From: Vicugna vicugna
Lineage: Eukaryota
Direction of reading: 5' to 3'
Assembly: GCA_013265495.1 (NCBI GenBank)
Contig: MU057386.1
Span: 3,075 to 64,624, forward strand
DNA length: 61,550 bases
The position numbers and the translations under genes were made by a program. The notes beneath the pieces are model-generated. The model was not told where the DNA came from and did no database searches. It saw only the letters and a program-made list of their open reading frames with translations. This document shows positions 24,440 to 36,650 of this stretch, piece by piece (positions within the stretch are counted from its first letter, which is position 1; every line of letters begins with the position of its first letter).

Positions 24440-26819
24440 CAACCTTGCATAAATTCACCATCCTTTCATTATAAAGCTTCTTAACAAACTGATAATAGAA
24501 GGAAATTACCTCAACATCATAAAGGCCATATATGACAAATCCACAGATGACATCATATTCATTTGTGAAAATTGAAGGCTTTTCCTCTAATACCGGAAAC
24601 AAGATAAGGATATCCACTATTGACACTTCTATTCAACCTAGTCCTGGAAGCTCTACTCACAGTGTTAAGCAAGAAAAAGAAATATATGGCATCCAAATAA
24701 GAAAGGAAGAATTGAAACTGTCCCTGTTTGTGGATAATATGATCTTAGATAAAGAAAATCCTAAAGACTCAATTAAAAATATTAGAAATAATCAGTCAGT
24801 TCAGAAAAGTGGCAGGATATAAAATTAATATAAAAAAATCAAGGTATGTTTCTATATAGTGACAAAAATTATCTGAAAAGAAAACTATAAAAACAATCCC
24901 ATTTACAACAGCACCAAACACAATAAAATATTTATGAATAAACTTAACTAGGGAGGTGAAAGATTTGTATACTGAAAACTATAAAATATTGATGAAAGAA
25001 ATTGAAAAAGATACACATTGGAAGACATTCTATGTTCATGAATTGCAAGACTTCATATTGTTAAAATGCCCATCCTACCCAAAGTGATCAATGATTCAAT
25101 AAAATCCTTGTAAAAATCTTCAATGCATTTTAACAGAAATAGAAAAAAATCTAAAATTCATATAGGAACACAAAAGACCATTAATAGCCAAAGCAATCTT
25201 GAGGAAAAGGAACACAGTTTGGACATATTACACCTCTTGATTTCAAAATATATTACAAAGCTACAGTCCTCAAAAACAGCATGGTACTGGCATAAAGATA
25301 GATACATTAGACCAATGGAACAGAACTGAGAATCAAGAAATAAATACAAACATATATGATCAACTGAACTTTGACAAAGATGCCAAGAATACACAATAGG
25401 GAAATGACAGACTTCAACAAATGATGCTGGGAAAACTGGATATTCACAGGCAAAAGAAAGCTATTGGATCCTTAACTTACACCATAAAAAAATCAACTCA
25501 AAATGGATGAAAGATGTAAATGTATGACCTGAAAATGTAAAACTATTTGAAGAAAACATAGGGGAAAGTTTCATGACATTGATCTTGGCAATGATATCAT
25601 GGATATGACACCAAAAGCACAGGCAATAAAAACAAACAAGTGGAAATATATCAAGCTAAAAACCTTCTGAACAGCAGAAGAAACAATCAGCAGAGTGAAA
25701 AGCCAACCTACTGAATAGCAGAAAATATTTACATACCACATAGTTGATAAAGGGTTAAACAACTAATAACCAGATTAAAAATGGTTTAAAAATTTAAATA
25801 GATATTTCTCCAAAAGAGACATACAAATGACCCACAGGTATATGAAAAACGTTTAATGTTACTAATCATCAGGAAAATGTAAGTCAAAATCACAATAATG
25901 AGATATCACCTCACACATGCTTGAATACATACACACACACACACACACACATAATATATATATATATATATGGGACAACAAGAGTTGGTGAGGATATGGA
26001 GAAAATGGAGCCCACATACACTATTGGTGGGAATGAAAAATGATGCAGCCACCATAGAAAACAGTATGGAGATTCCTCAAAAAATTAAAAATAGAACTGT
26101 CATATGATCCAGCAATCCCACTTCTAGATATTTATCCAACGGAATTGAAATCAGTACTTCAAAGAGATGCCTACACTCCATGTTCACTGGTGCATTATTC
26201 ACAATACCCAAATAATGGGAACAATCTAAATGTCCATCAACACATGACTGGAAAAAGAAAATGCAGTATATCTATACAATGGAATATTACTCAGCCATTA
26301 GAAAGAAGGAAATCCTACTACTTGCAATAACATGTATAAACCTAGAGGTCACTATGCTAGTTAAAATAAGCCAGACACAGAAAGATAAATATTGCATGGT
26401 TTCACTTATATGTAAGATCTAAAATGTCAAACTCATAGAATCAGAGTGTAGAATGGTGGTTTCCAAGGGCCAAGAGGAGGAGGAAATAGGGAGGTGGTGA
26501 TCAAAGGGCACAAAGTTTCAATTGCACAAGATAAATAAGTTCTTGAGATCTGCCATAGAGCATAGCATAGTGCCTGTAGCCAACAATACTGCATGTACAC
26601 TTAAAATTTCCTGAGGATAGATCTTATGCTAAATGTTCTTATCACATACACAAAAATAATAATAAAAAGAGCTTGAGAAAATTTGGGGGTATGTCTATGG
26701 CTTTGATGGTTGTGATGGCTTTATGGGAATATACTTATCTCCAAACTGATTACATTGTATACACTAAATATGAACAGCTTTTTACATGTCAATCATATGT
26801 TAGTAATGTGGTTAAAAAA
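24440..26819 (+). mobile_element. 5'-truncated L1 (L1MB1/2-like), ORF2 RT through 3' UTR
   Basis: KQEKEIYGIQIRKEELKLSLFVDNMIL, TAWYWHKDRY; full 3' UTR ending in A run. Confidence 0.9.
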
Positions 26820-28762
26820 GCACTCAACAAACTAAGAAGGGAACTTCCTCAACCTGATAAAGAGGATCTATGAAAACCTACATCTGGAATCATATATAAT
26901 GTTGAAAGATAGGACACTTTCCCTCAAATTAAAAAACAAGGCAAGAGGATGTTCACTCTTATCACTTCTGTTTAACATTGTACTGGAAGTTCTAGTCAGT
27001 GCAATAAGGCAAGAAAACAAAATTAAAAGCATTCAGATTAGAAAGGAAAAATTCAAACTATCTGTATTTTCAGGTGATATAATCTTGCACACAGAAAATT
27101 CCTTGGAATATGAAAAAATACTGTAAGAGCTAATAAAAGAATTCAGCAACACTGCAGGATACAAGATCAATATGAAATCAATTGTGTCTATACCCTAGCA
27201 ATAAATCATCTGAAAATAAAATTAAGAAAGCAATTCCACTGGTAAGCATCAAAAAGAATAACATACACAGGAATAAATTCAAAGAAAGGAGTAGGATAGT
27301 TTTACAGTAAAAAATACAAAATTTTTAAAGAAATTCTAAAATACCTAAATAAATGGAAATACATCTCATGTGCATGGATCAGTACACTTAATATTGATCA
27401 GATGGCAATACTCCCCAAACTTAACTAAAGATTCAAGGCAAGTGCAGTTAGAATCCTAATTTGTTTCTTTACAGAAATATACAGATACTAAAAATTGATA
27501 TGGAAACACATGGGACCCAGATATGCATAATAATCTTGAAAAAGAAGTGCAAAGCTAGAGGACTTTATACTTCCTGGTTTATAAACTAATTACAAACCTA
27601 CAAAAATCAGGATAATGTGCACTGGAATAAGGATAGACATATATATCAAATTGAGATTCCAGAAAACCAATACTACTATGGTCAGTTGCTATTCTACAGG
27701 AGTACCAAGATGATTCAAGGGAGAAAGATGAGTCTTTCAAAGAAATGGTGCTGGGACAGCTGGATTTTCATGTGCAAGATAATGAAGTTGTACTGCTACA
27801 TCTTATACAGAATATCATCATATACAGAATATCATCATATACAGAATAAGGGACTTGTACTGAGAATACGTATTTTAAAAATACCCTTACAACTCAAGAA
27901 AGGCAAAACAAAAACAATTAAGTTAAAAATTGGCAAATATTTGAATAGAAATTTCATCAAAAAAGATGTACAAATGACTCATAAGCACAAAAGATAAGGC
28001 TCAATATCATTAGTCATGAAGGAAATGCAAATAAAAACTATAATAAAATGCCACTTCACAAACACTAAAATGGCTATAATCAGAAAAACCACAAAACCTG
28101 TTGGCAAGAATTAGAGAAAGTGGAACCATTATATATGCTGGTGAGAATGTAAAATAGCACAGGCCATGTGTGAAAGTAATCAAGAATTCTTCTAAAATTT
28201 AAACTTAGTGTTATCAAATGAACCAATAATACCGCTTCTAGGTAAACTCCCCCAAATTTAAAAAATGTTCATGCAAAATTTCGTACACAAATGGTCATAG
28301 AAGCCTTATTCAAAACAGCTAAAAAGCAGAAAAACCCAAATGTACATGGACTGATCATGGATAAACTGAATATAATATATCCATATAATGGTATAGTATT
28401 CAACCATAATAGGGGATGAAGTACTGACACATTGTACAAAATGAACTTCCAAAGATTACACTATTTGAAAAAAACCGGAACAGAAAACTGCCTATTATAT
28501 GATTGTTATTTATATGAAATGCCCAAAATAAGTAAATCCATAGAACCAGAAAGTTGGTTTTGGTTGCCAGGAGTGAGGAAAGGTGAGAATGAGAAGGGAC
28601 TGCTAGTGTCTTTGTGGTTTCCTTTTGGAGTGATTAAAAATCTTCTGGATTTAGGTAATGGTAATAGTTGCTAAACATTATGGTATACTAAAAACCACTG
28701 AATAGTACATGTTAAAACTGAATTTTATGTATGTGTGCCATATCTCAATTAAAAAAGAAAAA
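26820..28762 (+). mobile_element. L1 (L1MB-like), ORF2 RT through 3' UTR with internal deletion
   Basis: LLSLLFNIVLEVLVSAIRQENKIKSIQI; 3' end tatctcaattaaaaaagaaaaaa. Confidence 0.9.
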
Positions 28763-28859
28763 AATTTAAACTTATCATAAAGCTACAGTAATCAAGACAG
28801 TGTGGTACTGGTACCAGGTTTTACATATATATATATATATATTAAATAAACTCAAACAT

Positions 28860-29500
28860 CTATGGCTTAATGATATTCCATTGTGTATAGAGACAACATT
28901 TTGTTTTTCCATTCATCTGCTGATGGACACTTACCTTTGTTCCACATTTTGGCTTGAGTGAATAATGCTGCAAAAAACATTGGTAAACAAGCTTCTGTTT
29001 GAGCTCCTATTTTCTATTGGATATATACCTAGTAGTAGAATTCCTGACTTGCATATGATAATTTTAATGCCTATTTTTAGGTTTTGTTTTTTTCAATATG
29101 GTGTAAGGTAGGAGATCCAACCTCATTTTTTGGCATGTGACTGTTCAGTTTTGCTGAAGTACCATTTGCTGAAAAGAATATTATTTTCCCAATGGACTGT
29201 CTTGGCACCCTTGTTGAAAATCAATTAACTGTCAATGTAAGGATTTATCTCTGGACTCTAAATTCTATTCTGTTCATCTGTGTCTATTTTCTACACTACA
29301 CTGATCATTGTTGCTTTGCATTAGGTTGTGAATATGAGAATTATGAGTCCTCTAACTCTATTCTTCATTTTTAGGATAGCTTTGGTTATTACAGGTCCCT
29401 TCAGTCTCCATAGGAATTTCAGGATTAGCGTGTCAATTTCTACAATTGAGCCAATTTGGATTCTGGTAGAGATGTATTAACTCTCTTGATCAACTGAGGA
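28860..29500 (-). mobile_element. Old L1 fragments (3' UTR and ORF2)
   Basis: attccattgtgtatag...ccattcatctgctgatggacac; cttggcacccttgttgaaaatcaatt. Confidence 0.85.
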
Positions 29501-29686
29501 AGATTAACAATCTCTTCAATTATTGGCGATGGGAAAATTGGACAGCCACATGCAAAAGAATGAAACTGAACCACTGTCTTACACCAAACAAAAATTAACT
29601 CAAAATGGAAAATGGATTAAAGACTTACATGTAAGACTTGAAACCATAAAACTCTTAGAAGAAAACATAGGCAGTAATCTCTTTGA

Positions 29687-30154
29687 TGTTGACTGAAATG
29701 AAAATCCCACCATATGAGAGCTGAGTTTCAGTTTTATTTGGGGACTAATTTGAGGGCTATAGACCAGGAGACAGCCTCTCATATAGCTCTTAGAAACTGC
29801 TCCAAAGAGGCAGAAGTAGAGACCAGTATATATATGATTTTGGCTAAGGAGTACGTGTAATCCAGCATATATCTCTGTAGAAGGCTTTGCTAGTCACGAG
29901 GAAAAGAAAGCTCAGTTAATGATTTTAGTGCTGTTCTAAGTGTGGGAAGATGAAGGACTCTGGGTTCATATATTTTTTTTTCCTGAAATATTACTATCTA
30001 AGGGCCTGTTTTGCTTGTTTTCCCAAAGCACAGATTGCCTTGTCCTGTCCTTTATCCTGAATTTGTTTTTGAGAATATTGTAGGTCAGCAACTGCAGTGA
30101 CTAATGACTCAATCCTTGTAGAATCGGATGAATAGTGACATTCCTTGTTTTACA
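29687..30154 (-). mobile_element. Solo ERV1 LTR, MER41-like, inserted into L1
   Basis: TG..CA; perfect TSD ttga (29683-29686, 30155-30158); removing it restores L1 aatctctttgacatcagtcttggc. Confidence 0.9.
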
Positions 30155-30229
30155 TTGACATCAGTCTTGGCAATGATTATTTGACATGAAAAGCAAAGTC
30201 AATAAAAGTAAAAATAATCAAGCAGGACT

Positions 30230-30731
30230 ACATCAAACTAAGAAACTTCTGCACAGCAAAGGATACCATCAACAAAATGAAAAGAGAACTTACTAAACTG
30301 GAGAAAATACTCAAAAATCATATAACTGATAAGGGGCTAATACCCAAAATATATAAAGAACTCATACAATTTAATATAAAAAATCCAAACAATCCAATTG
30401 AAAAATTGGGCAGAGGATCTGAATAGACATTTTTCCAAATAAGACATACACATGGCCAACAGGCATATGAAAAGATGCCCACATCAAACTAAGAAACTTC
30501 TGCACAGCAAGGGATACCATCAACAAAATGAAAATACAACTTACTAAACTGGAAAAAATACTCAAAAATCATATAACTGATAAGGGGCTAATACCCAAAA
30601 TATATAAAGAACTCATACAATTTAATATAAAAAATCCAAACAATCCAATTGAAAAATTGGGCAGAGGATCTGAATAGACATTTTTCCAAATAAGACATAC
30701 ACATGGCCAACAGGCATATGAAAAGATGCCC
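30230..30731. repeat. 251-bp tandem duplication within L1
   Basis: 30230-30480 vs 30481-30731; 4 mismatches seen, all in the first ~75 bp. Confidence 0.95.
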
Positions 30732-31999
30732 AAGATCACTAATCATCAGGGAAATGCAAATCAAAGCCACAGTGAAATATCATCTCACACCTGTTAGAAT
30801 GACTATTATCAAAAAGAAAACAAATAACAAGAGTTGGGAAAAATATGAAGAAAAGGAAATCCTTGTGCACTGTTGATGGGAATTTAAGTTAGCATAGCCA
30901 CTACAGGAAACAGTATGGAGGTCCCTCAAAAAATTAAAAATAGAACTACCATCTGATAGTGCAATTCCAATTCTGGGCATTTATCTGAAGAAAATGAAGA
31001 CATTAAATCAAAAAGATACATGCACCCCCATGTTCACTGTCACATTATTTACAATAGTCAAGATATGTAAACAAACTAAGTGTCCATCAGTGGATAAATG
31101 GATAAAGAAATTTTGGTATATATAAACAATGGAATATTATTCAGCCATAAAAATAAGGACATCTTGCCAAATGGGACAACATGGGTGGAACTTAAAGGCA
31201 TCATGCCAAGTGAAATAAATCAGACAGAGTTAGATAAATACTGTATGATCTCACTTATATGTGGAGCCTGAATTTTTTCTTAAAAAAGTGAATAAATATA
31301 GATAACAGTCTGGTGGTTGCCAGAAGTGAAAGGTAGGGTCAGGGGGGTCAAAAGGTAAAAAGAAAAAAAAAAGTCAGGGTTTGGAGTTATTGACACATGG
31401 AATTTTTATCTGTGACCTTCTGATAAAACATGCTAAATTTGGGGCTGAATTTTGTCCCAAACGTTAGTTCTCAGTAAAGATTTTGTGCAGTTAACTAAGG
31501 AAATATATAAGCATCATCTTCCCATCACAAAAATTTGAAAAGATAAATATTTTATGCAAAAGCAGTGGTAATTTGCTCTTGATCAGGGGTCTATGAAGTT
31601 ATAGGTGGAGACAAGTAGCTTCAGCTTAAGAAGATGAAACAATTCCTGGACAAGGTGAAAATTTTTTAAGTAAGATAGAAAGCTATCCCATTTTGATTTG
31701 TGGCATGAAAGGAAAATGGAGAGGGAAGATGTTCACAACTTCCTTTGAAAAGCATGGTACAATGGCAGAACATGCTTATTATTTTCTTGTTTTATTCATG
31801 TAGAAGCAATCTTAGAGAACTGGCTGGTTCTGATAAATGAGGAAACTATGAATTGGATAAGAGTATTGCTAATGGCAGGATATTGTCAAACATAGGTACT
31901 CTGTATAGTCAAAGCAGACTTAGGCAATGTACAATAAACAGAACTATGGTAGAAGGGTAGAGGTGAGTTAATAAAGTTAACAGAAAAAACAAAACAAGG

Positions 32000-32431
32000 T
32001 ATGCAGAACCAGCATCCCACAAAGCTGGGGATTCATGAAGACCATGTAGTGCAGTGGGTGGCAGATGGCCATGAAGTCATCATAGGCCATCATGGTCAAG
32101 AGAAAGTCATCCAATCCTGCAAAGAGTATGACAAAATACATCTGGGTGTCGCAGCGGTCATAGGTTGTGAACTTTTCTCTGCATTTAGATGTTCAGGAGC
32201 ATCTGTGGGATAGTGTATAGATGAAACAGATGCCTACAAAGGACTAGTTGGAGAGTAAGAAGTACAGAAGCATGTGGAGATGGGAGTCAGAGATAGTAGC
32301 CACAATGATGAGTAGGTTCCCAAACACAGTGATCAGGTTCATGGAAACAGCTCAAATATGAACTACAGTTCTGGTTCCTCTGACATTCCCAGAAGTAATT
32401 TTGTAATTCTTGTAAGTTTCCCTGGATTCAT
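32000..32431 (-). pseudogene. Olfactory receptor family 7 (OR7A/E/H-like) pseudogene, N-terminus to TM4 only
   Basis: MNPGKLTRITKLLLGMSEEPEL*...[32 protein letters not shown]...[47 protein letters not shown]; stops and frameshifts. Confidence 0.92.
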
Positions 32432-32674
32432 ATGGTGGAGGTGACCACAGTATAGACAAAAATGATGTGACTATTTTTCACCCAAACTGGTTCATTCACA
32501 TAGTTGAAGCATTACAATTATGTTTTGAGGTCAAGTAATTAATTTCAATATTTTGTGTATCAATCTGGTCTTCTTTAGAGGATCCCCTTTGAACTCTCTT
32601 GATTAGGAATTCCTGTCCCACACTCAGCCTTTTCTCCAAGAGGTCATGTATTCTACAGTTTTAATGAAAAATTC

Positions 32675-32830
32675 TTTCATACATTTGAGGAATATATGTT
32701 GAGTGCTGACCATGTTCCAGGCACTGTGTAGCAGGTATAAAGGAGAGAGTAGATAGTGCGGTGTTATTTTGTACTGGGTGTTCAGGTGAAAACAAGCCAA
32801 GAAGGTAATATTTGAACAGAGACCTCAAAG
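32675..32830 (-). mobile_element. LINE-2 fragment
   Basis: ttgagtgctgaccatgttccaggcactgtg...atttgaacagagacctcaa. Confidence 0.7.
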
Positions 32831-32849
32831 TTAAGAGAAAAAAAAATTA

Positions 32850-33895
32850 AGTAAAAATAACTTCTGTCTCTTTACTTATATTCTCTATTTGATGACACAC
32901 TGTGATCATGCATTGCTTTACTTTGTTAAGCATGATTTCCTTTACTTCTCTGAACATATTACAATGACTACTTTGAAATATCTCTCTGTGAAACTGAAAT
33001 CCAAATGCTCTGATGGGCAGTTTCTATCCTTGCTTATTTCCCTCCATGTTTGGGTCAGACTTTCCTGTTTTTGGCATGTCTCATAACTTCTTGTGGGAAC
33101 CGGGACATTTCAGGTAGTATATTGTGGCAACTCTGGGTACTAGACTCTCCCCACTTCCAGGGTTTGTTATTGCTAGTTGATTATTTATTTGTTTAGTTAC
33201 TGGCTTAATTATTTTAGTGAAGTCCTCACTCCCCTTAGTGCGAAGCCATTCATGTTTCTTTTCAGAAGGTGCGACCTTGGGTCTGTGCATGGTAACCTTG
33301 GGATCACAATGGTTTGGGTGGGACACTCCTGCTCTTAGAGGCAGGTACTCAGAATAGGCAGTTGACTGTAGCCTCTGATCTTCTCAGCTTGCTTCTCCAG
33401 GTGAAGAACCTCTACTTTATGAATGAGGTGAGCAAAGTCAATTGAGGCCCCAGTATTCTTAGCACACTGTGCTCATTATAGAGTTTCTTCCCCATGAAAA
33501 GGAGATGGATGGAAGAAGAAAACCCTCACTTCTCAGCTGCCACTACTCGAGAGTTTAGTCTCTGCAACAGGTAACCGGACAATAGGAGGAGAAATGCTGA
33601 TGTCCTGTCCCTCCTGGGAAGGTACCATAGCTCTCCAGTGGGTAGCTGAGAGGGAGATCAAGCTGTTCTTGGTTGTATCTGTCTTGAGAAGAGCTCTTGT
33701 TATGGAGTTGAGAGGCAGTGCGTTACGGTTAAAAGGACAGAGACACTTGCTGTTCTTACTGTGCTTAGTAGGTTTCCTTGAATAATGTTTCTTCATTTGC
33801 TGTCTGCCCTTAAGACCATTTCCCAAGATAAAAAAATTGTTTAATATATATATATGTAATTTTCACCAGTTTCACTGGGGAGCAGATCCGTGCTG
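32850..33895 (-). mobile_element. Old L1 5' region (L1M-type)
   Basis: tttcctgttttttggcatgtctcataac...attgtggcaactctgg...ttttcaccagtttcactggggagc. Confidence 0.65.
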
Positions 33896-33929
33896 CTGGC
33901 AGTGAAAGCTTAACAGGAAGCTTCTCAAT

Positions 33930-34122
33930 CTTAGAAGAGGCAGCAGCCCCCTTGGTGGTTTACTTCTGCAATACGATTCTTGAAATTGTTCCTGAAAGCT
34001 TGCTCTAGAGTCTAGCTCTTCAACCTTTCCAATAAATCTGTAAGTCATGCGGTTTAGGAAATCCTTTCCTACTAAAGTGGGTAAATTGATTTCATTCTCT
34101 GCAACTGAACTGTCACCAATAT
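33930..34122 (+). mobile_element. Old ERVL-class LTR 3' fragment
   Basis: AATAAA then aaatcctttcctactaaa...ttctctgcaactgaactgtcaccaatata, typical U5 end. Confidence 0.45.
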
Positions 34123-35802
34123 ACTTTAAGGTAATCAGAGTGCATTTCTACATAGTGATCTAAGCAGGTTGTTTCAGGTCTTATTGTCACATTGACACAC
34201 ATAAATCTCGGCCTTTTGTTTCTATATACTTTTACATCCATACATTGTCCTTTTCCTAGCCAGGACACCCCAGAGAAATTATTCTATTTCCTAAAACCAC
34301 GGGGTGAGGGAACATTTCTGTCTGAAATCAAAAGGGAATGTTTCTGTCTAAACTAACTTCCTTGCTAGCTACTGTTTTTATGTGTATCTCCAATATCTTT
34401 ATTATATGTTTGCAATAATTTTGGTTGAGGTAAGGTTAAACCACTTATTCTTTTTTCTTGTTTCTGATTTCTGACTTCACCTTACGTCCAACCATTAGAT
34501 GATTTTGCTACATCATATCTCTTGCTAACAATCAGAGGGGCAGATTCTCCACATGCCACTTATTCCAATGACAGTGGCCATTTGGACTGGTAGATACTAG
34601 TGTTTCCTGAAAAATAAAATGACATAAAAATTCCTTTGGTGTCGCATTATTGAAGTACTTATCATTCAAGTATCCCCCACCGGCTAGGCTTCAATTACCG
34701 AGTTTTTGATTGGCCAAATCTTAGAGAATGGATCATGAATCTGAAAGTTGGTGGATAAATCATGGTCAGACTAGCTGACAAGCAGAGTTTTAATCACAGC
34801 ACACGTAACAAGTTTATTGCTGTAAACATGTCATCTTCTGTTAATGTAATAATTCTATCTCCTCTTGTTTTAGAAACAAGGAATTGAGGCTGGCTCATTT
34901 GACTCTGACAATTTTTTAAATTAGTAAAATTTTTTTAGAGCAGCTTTAGGTTCACAGAAGAATTAAGTGGAAAGTACAGAGAGTTCCTATTTCTCCCTTG
35001 TGCCCACATATGCACAGTCTCCCCCACTATAACCATCTCACACCAGAGTGGTGCATTTGTTACAATCAATGAACCTGTATTGATATGTTACTATCACTCA
35101 GAGTTCATAGCTTACATAGGGTTCACTGTTGGTGTACATCCTATGGGTTTTGAGAAATGTGTAAGGACATGTACCCATCATTATATTATCATACAAAGTA
35201 TTTTCATTGCCTTAAAAATGCTCTGTGCTCTGTCTGTTTATCCTTCCCTGCTCTCTAATCCCTGACAACCACTGATATTTTTAATCTCTCCACAGTTTTG
35301 CCTTTTCCTGAATGTCATATAATTGCAGTGGCACAGGATGTGGCCTTTTCAGATTGACTTCTTTCAATTAGTAAAATGCATTTAAGGTTCCTCCATGGCT
35401 CTTCATGGCTAGATAGCCCATTTCTCTTAGCAAGGAATAATAATTTCATTGTCCGGATGTGCAATAGTTTGTTAATCCACTCACCTACCAAAGGACATCA
35501 TCACTGCTTCTAAATTTTTACAGTTATGAATAAAGCTGCATAAATATACACAAGCAGTTTGTGTTGACACAATTTTCAATTCATGTGGGTCAATACCAAA
35601 AAAACATGATTGCTGGATCATATGATAAGAGTATTAGTTTTGTTAAGAATCTGCCAAACTGTCTTCTAAAGCGGCTGTATCATTTTGCATTCCCACCAGA
35701 AATGAATGAGAGTTCCTGTTGCTCCACGTCCTTGCCAACATCTAGTGTTGTCAGGGTTTTGGATTTTAGTCATTCTAATAGGTGTGTAGTGGGATCTCAT
35801 TG

Positions 35803-36650
35803 TTTTTGGATTTGTTTTCTGTTTTTTATACTGAAGTGTTTTAAAAATAACTTTTATTATAGAGGTATGTGTTACCTTCAGGGCTTGAAAGGTTTTTGGA
35901 TATCTCTTTCAAACAAGAAATGTATAAATTTAACTTGAATAAAAACTTTTATTCCCACTGAGAGCATTTTAATCTCTGCATCTAACACTATTAGATATGA
36001 GGAGAGCTGGAGGTCTGGGATGGTTCTGAGCTTCATGTTATATAAATGCTGTGTTAATAGCACCTAGTTTGCAACAGTTTGTAGGAAAATGTTATTGGAA
36101 GTTTTAAAGGTCAATTAGAATCTCACTTCTAACTGTCTTTTTAGGATGTCTTAAACCTCTGGGCAGATTTGAAAAATTACTTATAACCAATACTTGCTTC
36201 AGAGCACTGTTTTTGGGCTTGCTCAGCAACAGTGTGTTTCTAGGAAACAAAAAAGAAAATTCAAACATAAAACAATTAAATGAAGCACAGGTGAGAAGAT
36301 GTCTATACAAGTCTTTTCATGCTGAAATCTGGTTCATTTAAAGTTTGCAATATAATCTGTGATATTTTTCGTTTCCAAGCAGTGGATGAGGTGCTTTGCT
36401 GTTCATTCTGAAACAAGTATTCTTTTTGGAGTACTAAGTAAGCTTAGGTTGAAATTGAAATTCCGTCTTGACCTTTCTTGTCATTACAAATTGTTTAAAT
36501 GGTTTACGTGTAGTTCAAAATGTTTTTAATCAGTGAAAAATAGCCAGTTGGACCAAAACCTGTAATCTATCACTGGGTAAGTAATTTGAAGCTGCACTTT
36601 AAATATATGAATTTTTGTCTTGCCATTTAACATTTTTTTAAATTTTCATT
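35803..36650. other. Non-L1 insert of about 850 bp inside L1, resembling a retroposed mRNA 3' UTR
   Basis: Flanked by diverged ~55-bp direct repeat of host L1; T-rich left edge and minus-strand AATAAA near 35853. Confidence 0.55.

Larger units (their letters stand above)
29508..31372 (+). mobile_element. 5'-truncated L1 with a short 3' UTR ending in an A tail; contains an LTR and a tandem duplication
   Basis: gggaaaattggacagccacatgcaaaagaatgaaactg...atctcacttatatgtggag...gggtcaaaaggtaaaaagaaaaaaaaaa. Confidence 0.9.

Noticed and set aside
27804..27847. 17-bp tandem repeat as an array
   Set aside because: Only about 2.5 copies at an L1 deletion junction, no spacers; ordinary slippage
21408..30154. 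The two MER41-like LTRs as ends of one provirus
   Set aside because: Each has its own TSD, they are diverged, and the DNA between is MIR, hAT and L1 rather than retroviral
32001..32213. Plus-strand 70-aa ORF
   Set aside because: Antisense shadow of the OR7 pseudogene
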